A DNA stretch of 63,695 bases, the filler included, from Octopus bimaculoides (lineage: Eukaryota), in the NCBI RefSeq assembly GCF_001194135.2. It is 5 parts of 5 records of this genome, joined end to end, with 100 filler letters (N's around TTAATTAATTAA, not from the genome) between each part and the next. Parts side by side here need not be neighbours in the genome. Positions count along the whole stretch, not along the records: positions 41,487 to 51,488 come from NC_068985.1; positions 51,589 to 62,080 come from NC_068987.1; 3 more parts are not named here. The stretch is one strand, 5' to 3'. Numbering within the stretch: the first letter of the stretch is position 1; the number at the start of each line of letters is the position of its first letter. A program made the translations under genes and the position numbers. This document shows positions 41,641 to 54,990 of this stretch, one piece after another. The notes beneath the pieces are model-generated. The model saw only the letters and a list, made by a program, of their open reading frames with translations. It had not been told where the DNA came from and searched no databases.

Positions 41641-42799
41641 TAATCTGGTTTTAGATAATCAGCTGTTCGATACGAAAGACTGCGAGTGATGGTAGGAGAG
41701 GATGGGAGAGAATAACACCGAGAAAGAGAGAGAAAATGAGAGAGATGATAGAACGCAGAGAGTGAGCGCTGAGAATAGAAAGAAAGAGAAAGAAAAGGAA
41801 AAAACAAAACAAATGGTTTGAAAGTGAAAGTAGAAAACAACAAGTATTTTGCATTGGTGGTCCCATACTTAATAGCGTATTCGAAAACAGTGATACCTCG
41901 CAGCACGAATTTAATTTGTTCCATGACCGAGCTCGTCTTACGAGTTACTCGTTTTACGAATCAATTTTCCCCATTGGTTAATCCGTTCCAGCGCCCAAAA
42001 ACCACTCAAAAATAATTTTTTATGGGTTTTAAAACAGAAAGGTGTAGTTACAAGTAAAATGACAATTATAAAAAAGAGAATGCATAAGAAATATGTAAAC
42101 TAGTTTTATTAACTGAATTACCTTAAAGATGGGACGATTTGTGTGCTTGTATTGTGGATTTCCACTTGTACTTCAAGACAAAAATTCGCACGAATCTCGA
42201 CACGTACAGCAAATTACTCGTACAATGGTGCACTCGTACTGCGAGGTTCTGCTGTATTATTATAATACTTAATGCTGTCATGTTTGGGACACATTTTGTA
42301 TGTATATGTATACATGAATAAAATAACTAGTAATGACAGGCAGATAGATAAATAGATGGATAAATAGATAGATAGGGAGAGAGAGACAGAAAGAGTGATG
42401 GAGAGAGGAAGAGGACGAAATAGAAAGTGAAAGTTGTGTATCGGTATGATTGTGCCAGGAGGCATCACGAGGAAAATGTTATCGGAATAATAACTGGCAG
42501 CAGCAACACAGTAGGTGAGTTTAGCGAGGTGGGATGAGTGGGATACAAATGAAAGAGAATGAACGTGAGTGTGTGTGAGCGAGAGAGAGGGGGGGAGAAG
42601 GAAAGAGACAGAAAGAGACAGAAAGAGAGAGAGAGAGAGAAATAGAAGAAAGAAAAGCGGATGGGGAAGAGAGAAAGGGGATAAATACGCTGTAAAAACC
42701 AGATGGGAAACGAAAATAAGGGAGATCGAATCAGTATTTGTAAAATCGAACAAATGCACGACACACAACTAGAGGTGTTTAATATAAACATATATGTAT

Positions 42800-42832
<33 letters not shown>

Positions 42833-43789
42833 NNNNNNNNNNNNNNNNNNNNNNNNNNNNNNNNNNNNNNNNNNNNNNNNNNNNNNNNNNNNNNNNNNNN
42901 NNNNNNNNNNNNNNNNNNNNNNNNNNNNNNNNNNNNNNNNNNNNNNNNNNNNNNNNNNNNNNNNNNNNNNNNNNNNNNNNNNNNNNNNNNNNNNNNNNNN
43001 NNNNNNNNNNNNNNNNNNNNNNNNNNNNNNNNNNNNNNNNNNNNNNNNNNNNNNNNNNNNNNNNNNNNNNNNNNNNNNNNNNNNNNNNNNNNNNNNNNNN
43101 NNNNNNNNNNNNNNNNNNNNNNNNNNNNNNNNNNNNNNNNNNNNNNNNNNNNNNNNNNNNNNNNNNNNNNNNNNNNNNNNNNNNNNNNNNNNNNNNNNNN
43201 NNNNNNNNNNNNNNNNNNNNNNNNNNNNNNNNNNNNNNNNNNNNNNNNNNNNNNNNNNNNNNNNNNNNNNNNNNNNNNNNNNNNNNNNNNNNNNNNNNNN
43301 NNNNNNNNNNNNNNNNNNNNNNNNNNNNNNNNNNNNNNNNNNNNNNNNNNNNNNNNNNNNNNNNNNNNNNNNNNNNCATGAATGTGGGATATCTATTTCA
43401 ACTCATAAAGAAAACACACGTGCACACACTTACGCACGCACAAATACACACATACACGCATACATCCATATTTGAGTTAATGGTAATTCTTGTGAAAAGC
43501 AAGGGAGACAATTTCGCAATTTAAATTGACTAAAATTTAAAGTGACACGTGACTTTTATATATTTATTGATTCGCTTTATTTTTGAATACATCGGAATAG
43601 GACGACAGTTTAAACGCAGGGCGAGAAAGTAAGACGTGAAAATAACATAACTTGTGATATTGCGAGAATGTATATAAGCATATCTGAATGTGCGACAAAA
43701 GGAGTTTCACTACCGTCTGCACAATGGTCTGAAATTTAAGATCTTTTGTACCGTTTTGACGGAGTCTCGATTTACCCAATGTTGAATGC

Positions 43790-44290
43790 TTCTTTGCGTC
43801 TTCTGCCGTGATGTGGGTTCATCTAGTATCTCAGATAGAAACCTGTCCAGACGTTCCTTGAAAACTTCTATATCAACACCATGTAGATCTCTGAGGTTGC
43901 CTAGCAGGATGTTGAAGAATTGCGGGCCATTTAAATGAAGACTATTGCAGTGCTGTGTCCTTATTTTAGATGGGGATGACGGGATCGTTGGTATGATGCA
44001 GTGCCGTCCAGTTCGAGGATTGGTATAGCTGTCAATTTCAAAATTAGGAGCTAAACCCTCTAAGATCTTCTAAATATATATCACCGCATATCTCTCTCGT
44101 CTTCTCTCCAGGGAATAGAGACTCAGCTCCTTTAGCCTCTTCCAGTGGCCCATCTTTTGCATCGAGTCAATCTTCTTCATGGGTGCTGGATTGCTTCGAG
44201 AGTTCTACAGTTTGTTTCGTACTCGCTAGGGACCATAGTTGGGAGCAGTAATCCAAGCGGCTGAGAACGAAAGCCCTCCATAGGAGTAAT
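43790..44290 (-). mobile_element. LINE ORF2 C-terminal fragment (RT thumb region and downstream), same family
   Basis: Minus-strand frames give LLLWRAFVLSRLDYCSQLWS and WKRLKELSLYSLERRRERYAVIYI*KILEGLAPN...HCNSLHLNGPQFFNILLGNLRDLHGVDIEVFKERLDRFLSEILDEPTSRQ. Truncated by the gap at 44292. Confidence 0.88.
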
Positions 44291-44948
44291 ANNNNNNNNN
44301 NNNNNNNNNNNNNNNNNNNNNNNNNNNNNNNNNNNNNNNNNNNNNNNNNNNNNNNNNNNNNNNNNNNNNNNNNNNNNNNNNNNNNNNNNNNNNNNNNNNN
44401 NNNNNNNNNNNNNNNNNNNNNNNNNNNNNNNNNNNNNNNNNNNNNNNNNNNNNNNNNNNNNNNNNNNNNNNNNNNNNNNNNNNNNNNNNNNNNNNNNNNN
44501 NNNNNNNNNNNNNNNNNNNNNNNNNNNNNNNNNNNNNNNNNNNNNNNNNNNNNNNNNNNNNNNNNNNNNNNNNNNNNNNNNNNNNNNNNNNNNNNNNNNN
44601 NNNNNNNNNNNNNNNNNNNNNNNNNNNNNNNNNNNNNNNNNNNNNNNNNNNNNNNNNNNNNNNNNNNNNNNNNNNNNNNNNNNNNNNNNNNNNNNNNNNN
44701 NNNNNNNNNNNNNNNNNNNNNNNNNNNNNNNNNNNNNNNNNNNNNNNNNNNNNNNNNNNNNNNNNNNNNNNNNNNNNNNNAGTCATAAAACCTTCTATCA
44801 GCATGTCACTAACATTTTTGGTAGAAAATGTTTTCCTAGTGTGTGCGAGCGTTTTCGACTATTCTTTTAATTAATTTATGTACTCGCACACACTGGCGCT
44901 TGAACAACCTGATAAAAGATTTTATGATTAAAAAAAAAATCTTCTTTA

Positions 44949-44991
<43 letters not shown>

Positions 44992-45563
44992 GTACTGCTG
45001 CAGCGTGTTAATGGATGCCATATTGTTTGATTGCTGACATATAACTCACTGCAGAATTATAGTGGACGCCACATCGTCAGTTTATTGATATAAATCTTAG
45101 CGGAGCAGTCTCCTTGAGCAATAAGTACAGTACCACGTATGGATGTATAAAATATCAACTATTCCACGTTGAATATTATCACTTTAACAAATATGTATAA
45201 CATGAATAGACTATTTGATAAAATGGATGACATTGTGAAGCCCATTCGCTGGAACATTTTCGTCTTGCGATCTAGTTGCATTGGAAACGGCTTAAGAATA
45301 TACATAACGCCTGAAAAAGACTCCAAAGTGTCCTGCCACTGTAATATCCAAAACTGATCTTGTAGACACGATAACTAGCATACACTTCCGTAATTATATT
45401 AAGATCGATAAATAAAAAAAAAAAATTTGCACTGACATTTAGAATTTCAGGAATTCTAAAACTATTTTTATTTTTTCCTATAAAACCAATACGCTATATA
45501 AAGTAGAAAATGGTGTGTGTACATTATATATATATATATATATATATATAAAGATAGACAGAC

Positions 45564-45620
<57 letters not shown>

Positions 45621-45987
45621 TAAGCTACTACTTAAATTATAATGTTGATGCAAAAAACATTTGGTTATCTCGTAAATTGCAATGAGCTAATAGGTTAAAA
45701 TGTCTGGCAAAAAGTCAGGCATACCTCAAGCAAAAAGACGACAAAGAAAATTTTGCATCTATTCCAGCATTTAGACTTATTTTCCCAGATAAACGGACAT
45801 TGGGCAAGTCTAGAAGAAGATTAGTAATAGCATTATAAAATAGATCCATTTAAAAGTAATCCACTAATTAGAAATGTTAATAATAAATATGACTCTAGCT
45901 TATCCCAATTTCACAATGTTGATTTTTATCTTTCAATCTCTCAAGCACTAAAATGCAAATTCAAAGACCAACAACAACAACAACAAC

Positions 45988-46057
<70 letters not shown>

Positions 46058-46067
46058 GGCATATTTT

Positions 46068-46460
46068 AAGCCATTGCAGTAAACTGGATTAGAGAGTATA
46101 CAAAAGAAGGCGTGACAATGTCACCGCAGTTGTTCACTGGGAATTATGCAACAAGTTTGGATTGGATAACATGACTAAAATGGTATGAACATGAGCCAAA
46201 GTTTACGGTAGAAAATGACAGATTAAAGATACTTTGAGACATGATCCAGTGTAGTTATGGAATCGAACATCAGAAATTCCATATTGCACCGTTAGACAGG
46301 GGAGAGAAATCGTGCCTGATCATCGGAAACGTGTTGGCTGAAGTGTGTAGAATCGCAAAAATAAAAAAAAAATAAAAAAAGAAAGAGAAAATCAAAGCAT
46401 TATCGCAAATGAAAATTGTGCATATTGGGCCAATAAATGTTGGTGCTCCGGTAGAACTTG
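46068..46460 (+). mobile_element. R4/Dong-like LINE zinc-knuckle/RLE fragment
   Basis: HILSHCSKLD*RVYKRRRDNVTAVVHWELCNKFGL...WYEHEPKFTVENDRLKIL*D; begins directly after a long (AAT)n tract. Confidence 0.78.
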
Positions 46461-46835
46461 AAAAAAAATTGCTAAGTAATTAGCGAAGACAGGCACGTAA
46501 AAGAAAATAGAGAAACATCCAGTAAATAGTAAACATGACAGTGCAAGAGGTTTCCACAAAGTCTTCGAAAGTTGAAAAGTACATAATACCTTATTTCATG
46601 GGAAACGAACAGCTGGTACGTTAACGACACTTCCAGCAACAAGCTGAGTATGTCAGATATAATAATCATTATATTATCATCACTAATAAATGACGATGAT
46701 GGTGATGATGATGAGGAGGAGGAGGAGGAAGGGGACGTTACGAGGGGTGTATGGAAAGTCTTGAGCCTTGAAGTCTTGTACCATGTTTTTTTATGAGGCT
46801 CAAGACTTTTCATATACCCCTCGTAGGTATGTATG

Positions 46836-47293
46836 TGCGTGTGTTTGTGTGTTTGTGTTTGTCCCCCACAACATCGCTTGACAACTGATGCTGGTGTGTT
46901 TACGTCCCCGTAACTTAACGGTTCGGCAAAATACATCGATAGAATAGTGCTAGGCTTATAAAGAATAAGTCCTGCTCGAATAAAGATTTGCTCGAACAAA
47001 GGCGGTACTCCAGCATGGCCGCTGTCAAATGACTAAAACAAAACAAAAAGAGTAAACTTCCTTGATTCCGTTACAAAAATTAGAGAAAGTTATTAGCTAT
47101 TAAAAAAAATTATTTTATCAACATTCTATTTATTTAACATTCTATTTTATTAAATAGAGTGTCACTAACTTTCGTAGAAGTTTGTATAAAGTGTAGGCAT
47201 GTGGTCAGAAGTTTGCTTCCGAACCACATGGCTCCGGATTCAATCCAACTGCGTGGCACGTTGGACAAGTGTCTTCTTCTATAGCCTCGGGCT
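46836..47293 (+). mobile_element. SINE family A 3' part (46836-47052) and head (47193-47293)
   Basis: Homology to the 5844-6243 copy. Confidence 0.7.
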
Positions 47294-47830
47294 ATATATA
47301 TNNNNNNNNNNNNNNNNNNNNNNNNNNNNNNNNNNNNNNNNNNNNNNNNNNNNNNNNNNNNNNNNNNNNNNNNNNNNNNNNNNNNNNNNNNNNNNNNNNN
47401 NGTATGTATGTATGTAAGACCCAAAGATCGAGGTGTTGGAATGAGGAAGTGAGCATCAAGAAATCTGTAGAGAATATAAAAATTCAAATTTCAGAAACAA
47501 TAGCGGTTTATTGGGGCGAAAGGCTGTGGATATTTTCCGTATCGAAGTACAATCAGCTGAAAAAAAAATTAATGTTATATTTCACGATCGGCAGCCAGGG
47601 TTGCCAGATATGCGAATAAAGATCCAAAAGTTAAAGAATGGAGTAGATAAAATCCGGGCTATATATGTTTCACAGTGAGTCCAATCTCGGAAGTGGTAAA
47701 CATCCATGCGACGTGTATACTGCAGGTTACTCTTCAGGTCAAGGGTATGTTAATTAAATGAGGTTTTCATATTGTCGTTAGGAGACCCAAGATAACATTC
47801 GGTCAGAATATGTAGAGAGCATTGTGTGTG

Positions 47831-47869
<39 letters not shown>

Positions 47870-48011
47870 GTCTTGGGAGAATCGTTACGCTAATATTTAT
47901 AATACATAATACACGCACTGGTTCAATTTTACACCTTTATTATTAGTCAAATGACGCAAACATTATATGTATATATAAGTAGACATATATATTGACATAA
48001 TGACATATAAG

Positions 48012-48052
<41 letters not shown>

Positions 48053-49953
48053 GCATTTTTGTATTTAGGGACATAAATATTAAAGCCTACAACCACATCC
48101 AACGGTGTTGATTTGTCTGTATTTCATGCCTTTTTCTTCACACCAAGCAGCTTATATTTTCTTATGCTCCCACCGCAATATTTTTTTCTTTTTTTTACTG
48201 TACTCCTTCACAATGCGTGTACATGTGTTTCTCTTATTATGAATGATAAATCCGAAACTAAAATCACGCCTTTAAGAGAAAAAGTCCAAACCGACTGAAA
48301 AATCAGCAGATTGTTTGAGAGTAAAATATTGAGTGTAGGTACATGAATAAACTACAACTGCTTTGGAAAAAGAAGTAAAATATGGATAATATAAAAATGT
48401 TGCAAGTGTTTATATATTTTTAATTAAGTGCCTCTCCCCAAATATAACAATGCTGATTTCAGTACACAATTTTATATAAAAAATTCCTGCATAAATTCAG
48501 AATTGAATTACCTGAACCCCTGAAACACACATAACACACACATGCACACAAATATACACGTACAGACACCATCAAGAAAAGCGTACTCTACAAAATACTA
48601 ATTTAACATAAAGGGGGAAAAGTTCTAGGCAATTTATAATAAATCGATCAAGATAAGTTCCACTCAGAATGAGGACACTCTTCAGGTCCTGTAACTTCAA
48701 AAAACGTATCCTAATATTTAAAAATGCAATAAAATAAAATAGGAAAAGTAGAAATATCTATATATAAGGAAAATACTAACATGATTATCAAAGGGCAGTA
48801 CCTATGCTAACGGAGTAAACTCAAGTAAAAGTAAATTATTATCGTAGTAAGCTAAAGAAAAAATTTACTCACAGAAATTAATACTGAGAATCCCACCTAT
48901 TAACCATAATGGAGCAGGTCTAAGTCCAGACCACTGTACACAATCACATGCACACTCATTGATATTTATGTTCATTCACTTTAGTGTCCTTAGTCTTTCA
49001 GTCCCTGTCACCTTTTCCTCTTTCTCCTCCTTATTTCTCACTCTCTCCTTCTGCTTTGCCAATTACTTTTCCTATATCCCAGTTTATGTCTGTACCTCTT
49101 TTCCTTCTATGTTACACTTCAAGTTTCTTTTTGCACCAAGCCAGTCATGTAAACAAATGTTGTAAAACAGGTATCGTTCTTATTTCCTTTTCTCTCAACT
49201 TCCTAACTTGATTTTTTTACTTCTTTTCCCTAAAGAGTATAACCTGAATTACTGGGTCTTCTTCCATTTATTTCATTTAGCATATTAATTTTTATTGCGC
49301 ACATTCTGAAAAATTTACATCATTAAAAATTTTATTTTTTCAAACTAAAAAATGTAAATCAAAGGCATGTGATATCATTTCTGTTGAATTAATATTCTAA
49401 TCAAAAATAGGGAAATCTGATTTTTGTCTTCTGCAGAAAGGTAAGTTTTAATACAAAAAGAAATTATCCTGTGCGGCTTTTCACACAACTCAATGTGGTC
49501 ACTGGCTCATTTGAACTATTTTCTTTGAGCTCTTTTTAAATTTGATTTGCACCAAATTTGCTTAGACCCTAATGTATAAAAACTCATTTTGAGCAAGTTA
49601 AACTAAGGAGGCAAAGAAAATAAAAAAAGAAGAAATGATGTTGTTGATTGATGGTGACAATAATGATGAAGAAGAAGATGAAGAAGAAGAAGAAGAAGAA
49701 GAAGAAATACTCATGGAAAATAACAAAGGACGAAAATAAGATCAAAGGAAATGAAAAAACAAAGAAAGAAAGCATGAATGAATGAGAGAACGAACGAAAG
49801 AATGAATGAGTGAATGAATGATTGGAAGGAGATGCAGCAAGGTACGCAGGGGTAAACGAAAGAGGAATTAAAACACCAAGAAATTGAAGGAATCTATAGA
49901 AGGAGAGAAGATAAAAAAATGAAGAGAGAAAAAGAAAGAGTGAAGAAGTAAAA

Positions 49954-49989
<36 letters not shown>

Positions 49990-50420
49990 GAGACACAGAG
50001 GGAGAGAGCGGTTAAGAGCATAGTGAAATAATAGGGGAAATGTAAAAGGAGGGGAATAGGAAACTGNNNNNNNNNNNNNNNNNNNNNNNNNNNNNNNNNN
50101 NNNNNNNNNNNNNNNNNNNNNNNNNNNNNNNNNNNNNNNNNNNNNNNNNNNNNNNNNNNNNNNNNNNNNNNNNNNNNNNNNNNNNNNNNNNNNNNNNNNN
50201 NNNNNNNNNNNNNNNNNNNNNNNNNNNNNNNNNNNNNNNNNNNNNNNNNNNNNNNNNNNNNNNNNNNNNNNNNNNNNNNNNNNNNNNNNNNNNNNNNNNN
50301 NNNNNNNNNNNNNNNNNNNNNNNNNNNNNNNNNNNNNNNNNNNNNNNNNNNNNNNNNNNNNNNNNNNNNNNNNNNNNNNNNNNNNNNNNNNNNNNNNNNN
50401 NNNNNNNNNNNNNGTGAATA

Positions 50421-50459
<39 letters not shown>

Positions 50460-50695
50460 GTTAGAGAGAGTAATAGGGAACAACGAAGAGAGAGAGAGGG
50501 ACTACGAAGGATAGAGAAACAGAAAGAAAGAGAGGGTGCGGAGAGAAAGCGAGAGATAATCTGGTAGTTTTATCTGGGTTGCGGTGAATCCCGGGCACAC
50601 GGTGTGAGCTGAGCACATGATGAGAATGCGTGTGTATGTATCAGAACCTGTATGTATATTTGTATGAAAGTGTGGATGTGTGCGTGCATATAAGC

Positions 50696-50734
<39 letters not shown>

Positions 50735-50915
50735 NNNNNNNNNNATATATATATATATATACAAACATATATGTCTGTGTATGTATATGTGTATATATGT
50801 ATATACATATATAGAGAGGAATATATATGTGTGTATATACACATAGTATATGATGTATATTATACATATCTTTGTGTATATATGTATATATATATAGAGA
50901 GAGAGAGAAAGAGAG

Positions 50916-50959
<44 letters not shown>

Positions 50960-51025
50960 NNNNNNNNNNGATAGATAGATAGATAGATAGATACATGTGC
51001 ATGTATGTATGAAATTATGTATATG

Positions 51026-51064
<39 letters not shown>

Positions 51065-51488
51065 GTGTGTACATATAGATGTATATATATGAGTATGTGT
51101 GTGTGCATACATTCATGCATCTTATATTGTCTGAGTTTGTGTGTACTAGTTTGCGTAGGTGTTAGACTTAACTAGTATGTAGGTGTATGTATTTGTGTAT
51201 GCGTGTGTGCTTTATAGAAGATCCGTATTAGAATGAGTGCGCGCGTGCGTTTGTGTGAGTGCGTCTGTGTATCATAGTGTGCATGTTGTTTTGGCACTTG
51301 ATGTGTGTACGTGTTTGAGTATAAGTTCGTGTTGAATTTCAAGTATGCGTGGGTGTTATGTAAGAGAGTGTGTGCGTTAGTGTTTGCGTATTATTATTGT
51401 ACCCGTACTTTAGTTTATAGATATGCGTGTGTGTGTGTGTGTGTGTGCGTGTGTGTGTGTGCGTGTGTGTGCGTGTGTGTGTGCGTGT

Positions 51489-51588
51489 NNNNNNNNNNNN
51501 NNNNNNNNNNNNNNNNNNNNNNNNNNNNNNNNTTAATTAATTAANNNNNNNNNNNNNNNNNNNNNNNNNNNNNNNNNNNNNNNNNNNN
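51489..51588. other. Synthetic scaffold join
   Basis: 44 N + TTAATTAATTAA (51533-51544) + 44 N. Confidence 0.93.
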
Positions 51589-51802
51589 ACGCATGCGTCA
51601 TACAGTCTGCCTTTTACTCTGAGTGAGAGTCCCTTTGTCGCCAGCAGGGGTAAGAGCTCTCTAAACTTTGCCCAGGCTATTCTTATTCTAGCAGCTACAC
51701 TTTCAGCGCACCCACCCCCACTACTAACTTGGTCGCCCAGATAGCGGAAGCTATCGACTACCTCTAGTTTTTCACCCTGGAATGAGATATATATATATAT
51801 TC

Positions 51803-51990
51803 TTTTGTTTTTATTCTTTTACTTGTTTCAGTCATTTGACTGCGGCTATGCTGGAGCACCGCCTTAGTCGAGCAAATCGAACCCAGGACTTTTTCTTTAT
51901 CGGTCTCTTTTGTCAAACTGCTAAGTTACAGGGACGTAAACACACCAGCATCGACTGTCAAGTGATGTTGGTTGGGACAAACACACACAC
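51803..51990 (-). mobile_element. SINE family A 3' part
   Basis: cttgtttcagtcatttgactgcggctatgctggagcaccgcc... Confidence 0.75.
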
Positions 51991-52079
51991 ACAAGCACAC
52001 ACATACATACATACACACAAACATACATACATACACACAAACATACATAATACATACATACATACATACAAACAGACAG

Positions 52080-52735
52080 AAATCGTAGTCGTGACTGATG
52101 CCAGTGCCGTCTGACTGGCACCTGTGCTGGTGGCACGTAAAAAGCACCATTCGAGTGTTGGGCCTCATGGAGGCAGTGACAGATGACCAAGATCATTGAC
52201 AATATACCATGCTGTGTAAACCTGTCAAGCCAAGTGAGACTGTAGACGTGGTGTTAGATCAATGGCACCCGTGCCAGCGGCACGTAAAAAACATCCACTA
52301 CACTCTTGGAGTGGTTGGCGTTAGGAAAGGCATTAAGCCATAGAAACCTTACCAAATCAGATTGGAACCTGGTGCAGCAGCCCGGCTTACCAGTTTTCAG
52401 TCAAACCGTCCAACCCATGCCAGCATGGAAAATGGACGTTAAATGATAATGATGTTGATGATGATGATCATAAGTCATCATGATCATCATTTAACCTCCA
52501 TGTTTTATGCTTGCATGGGTTGGGCGGTTTGACAAGGATCTGATGAGTCGAAGGACTGCACCATGCTCAAGTGACTGCATTGGCTTGGTATGTATGGCTG
52601 GATGCCCTTCCTAATGCCTGTCACTCGGTACTTTTTTTTTTTGTGGCACCAGCACCAGTGAGGTTACCCACAATGCAGCATGCAATACTAAGATCGTTGC
52701 TGACTGATTGGATGCTTTTCTTTTATGCCACTGGC
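52080..52735. mobile_element. Head-to-head pair of family C repeats
   Basis: Minus copy at about 52080-52445 and plus copy at about 52490-52735, around a (GAT)/(CAT) centre. Confidence 0.75.
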
Positions 52736-52924
52736 ACTATGTAGCTTGCAAATCAACAGACCCAGGGAGGGAGGATGGAGGTTAAGGTCGGAGGGAAGAG
52801 GTTGGGATAGAGCAGGTTCTCGTTGTAGAAGATCTACGTTACCTAAAGATGTTATTTATTTTCTTAGCTCTGATATAAGTGCAGGCATTTTATAATGAAT
52901 GCTGTTTTCTTTTCTTTAATGCAG

Positions 52925-53238
52925 GTCCTAGGTCTACTTTCATCACTGCCAATCACGAGGTGTCCTTAGACTTCCAGGTGCCATCTCATGGTAAAGACAA
53001 GTCAGTGTCTTCTGAAACATCTTCAGAATCTGAGATTAAAAGCAGCAATAAAAGAACCTCAATTCCAGTGCATGATGCTGATTCCAAAAATTCACCTCCT
53101 AGAAAAATATGTAAACGACCAATAATAATCGACGATGATGATGATGATGATAATGATGAAGAGGAGGAGGAGGAAGAATCAACAGAAAATTCAAACTCAA
53201 ATGATTTTATTCCTCAAAAGCCCTCAGAACACAAATGA
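52925..53238 (+). CDS. Candidate terminal coding exon (Ser-rich, basic patch, acidic tail); gene unknown
   Basis: Strong acceptor (tgttttcttttctttaatgcag|GTCC). The frame is open to TGA: (G)PRSTFITANHEVSLDFQVPSHGKDKSVSSETSSESEIKSSNKRTSIPVHDADSKNSPPRKICKRPIIIDDDDDDDNDEEEEEEESTENSNSNDFIPQKPSEHK*. ATTAAA at 53252-53257 is followed by a U/GU-rich tract. No recognisable domain. Confidence 0.5.
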
Positions 53239-53394
53239 CGAAACATTCTAAATTAAAATTCTTTTTTATACATTATAAGATGTCATTTGTTTTTGTTGTT
53301 CTCTTTTGCTTTTCCGAGATAAGTCGTCGCCGCTGCCACCGTCGCCGCTGCCACCGTCGCCGTCGTCATCATCATGATTGTCAGCAGAATCATT

Positions 53395-53795
53395 AACATG
53401 TCACGCAAAATGCTTAACAGCATTTCAACTCTCTTTACGTTCTGAGAGTTCAAATTCTGCCGAGGTCGGCCTCACCTTTTATCCCTTTGAGGTCAATAAC
53501 ACTAAGTACCAGTAGAGCAATGGCATCTTTTTTTTGGGGGGGGGGTTGATGAATTAAGTACCAGTTGAGTACTGGGGTCGATGTGATTGACTGTCCCCTT
53601 CCCCACAAATTCCAAGCCTTGTGCCTATAGTAGAAAGGATTGAGCCAAGCCAACAGAATCCTTAGAATTCTGAATGAAATGCTTAGCAGCATTTCGTTCG
53701 TCCTTACATTCTGAGTTCAAATTCCATCAAGGTTGACTTTGCCTTTCATCCTTTCGGGGTTGATAAAATAAATACCAGTCAAACAATGGGCTCAA
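53395..53795 (+). mobile_element. Two diverged SINE family B fragments
   Basis: ttctgagagttcaaattctgccgaggtcg and ctgagttcaaattccatcaaggttgactttgcctttcatcc. Confidence 0.65.
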
Positions 53796-54668
53796 TGTAA
53801 ATGACTAANNNNNNNNNNNNNNNNNNNNNNNNNNNNNNNNNNNNNNNNNNNNNNNNNNNNNNNNNNNNNNNNNNNNNNNNNNNNNNNNNNNNNNNNNNNN
53901 NNNNNNNNNNNNNNNNNNNNNNNNNNNNNNNNNNNNNNNNNNNNNNNNNNNNNNNNNNNNNNNNNNNNNNNNNNNNNNNNNNNNNNNNNNNNNNNNNNNN
54001 NNNNNNNNNNNNNNNNNNNNNNNNNNNNNNNNNNNNNNNNNNNNNNNNNNNNNNNNNNNNNNNNNNNNNNNNNNNNNNNNNNNNNNNNNNNNNNNNNNNN
54101 NNNNNNNNNNNNNNNNNNNNNNNNNNNNNNNNNNNNNNNNNNNNNNNNNNNNNNNNNNNNNNNNNNNNNNNNNNNNNNNNNNNNNNNNNNNNNNNNNNNN
54201 NNNNNNNNNNNNNNNNNNNNNNNNNNNNNNNNNNNNNNNNNNNNNNNNNNNNNNNNNNNNNNNNNNNNNNNNNNNNNNNNNNNNNNNNNNNNNNNNNNNN
54301 NNNNNNNNNNNNNNNNNNNNNNNNNNNNNNNNNNNNNNNNNNNNNNNNNNNNNNNNNNNNNNNNNNNNNNNNNNNNNNNNNNNNNNNNNNNNNNNNNNNN
54401 NNNNNNNNNNNNNNNNNNNNNNNNNNNNNNNNNNNNNNNNNNNNNNNNNNNNNNNNNNNNNNNNNNNNNNNNNNNNNNNNNNNNNNNNNNNNNNNNNNNN
54501 NNNNNNNNNNNNNNNNNNNNNNNNNNNNNNNNNNNNNNNNNNNNNNNNNNNNNNNNNNNNNNNNNNNNNNNNNNNNNNNNNNNNNNNNNNNNNNNNNNNN
54601 NNNNNNNNNNNNNNNNNNNNNNNNNNNNNNNNNNNNNNNNNNNNNNNNNNNNNNNNNNNNNNNNNNNN

Positions 54669-54702
<34 letters not shown>

Positions 54703-54834
54703 GCACGCACACACACACGCTTGCCTGTATAAAATTAAATTGTAATTAATTCCGTTTTATCTGTGTAAGGCGGTTACACATCAGCAGGTAGACTCTGTCT
54801 GTCTGTCTGGCTAATGTATGTGTGTGTGTGTGTG

Positions 54835-54990
54835 TGTGCACGCGTCTTTGTCCCCCATCACTGCTTGATAGATCGATAGAATAAGTATCAGGCTTTAAAG
54901 AAAAGTCTAGTAGTCGATTTATGCGACTAAACCCTTCAAGCTGGTGCCCCAGCATGGCCGCAGTCCAATGACAGAAAGGAGTAAAAGATA
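54835..54990 (+). mobile_element. SINE family A 3' part
   Basis: gtccccatcactgcttga...cccagcatggccgcagtccaatgac. Confidence 0.65.

Noticed and set aside
52540-52565. CTGATGA-GTC-GAAG-GAC as a hammerhead core
   Set aside because: No GAAA box after stem II; it is part of repeat family C.
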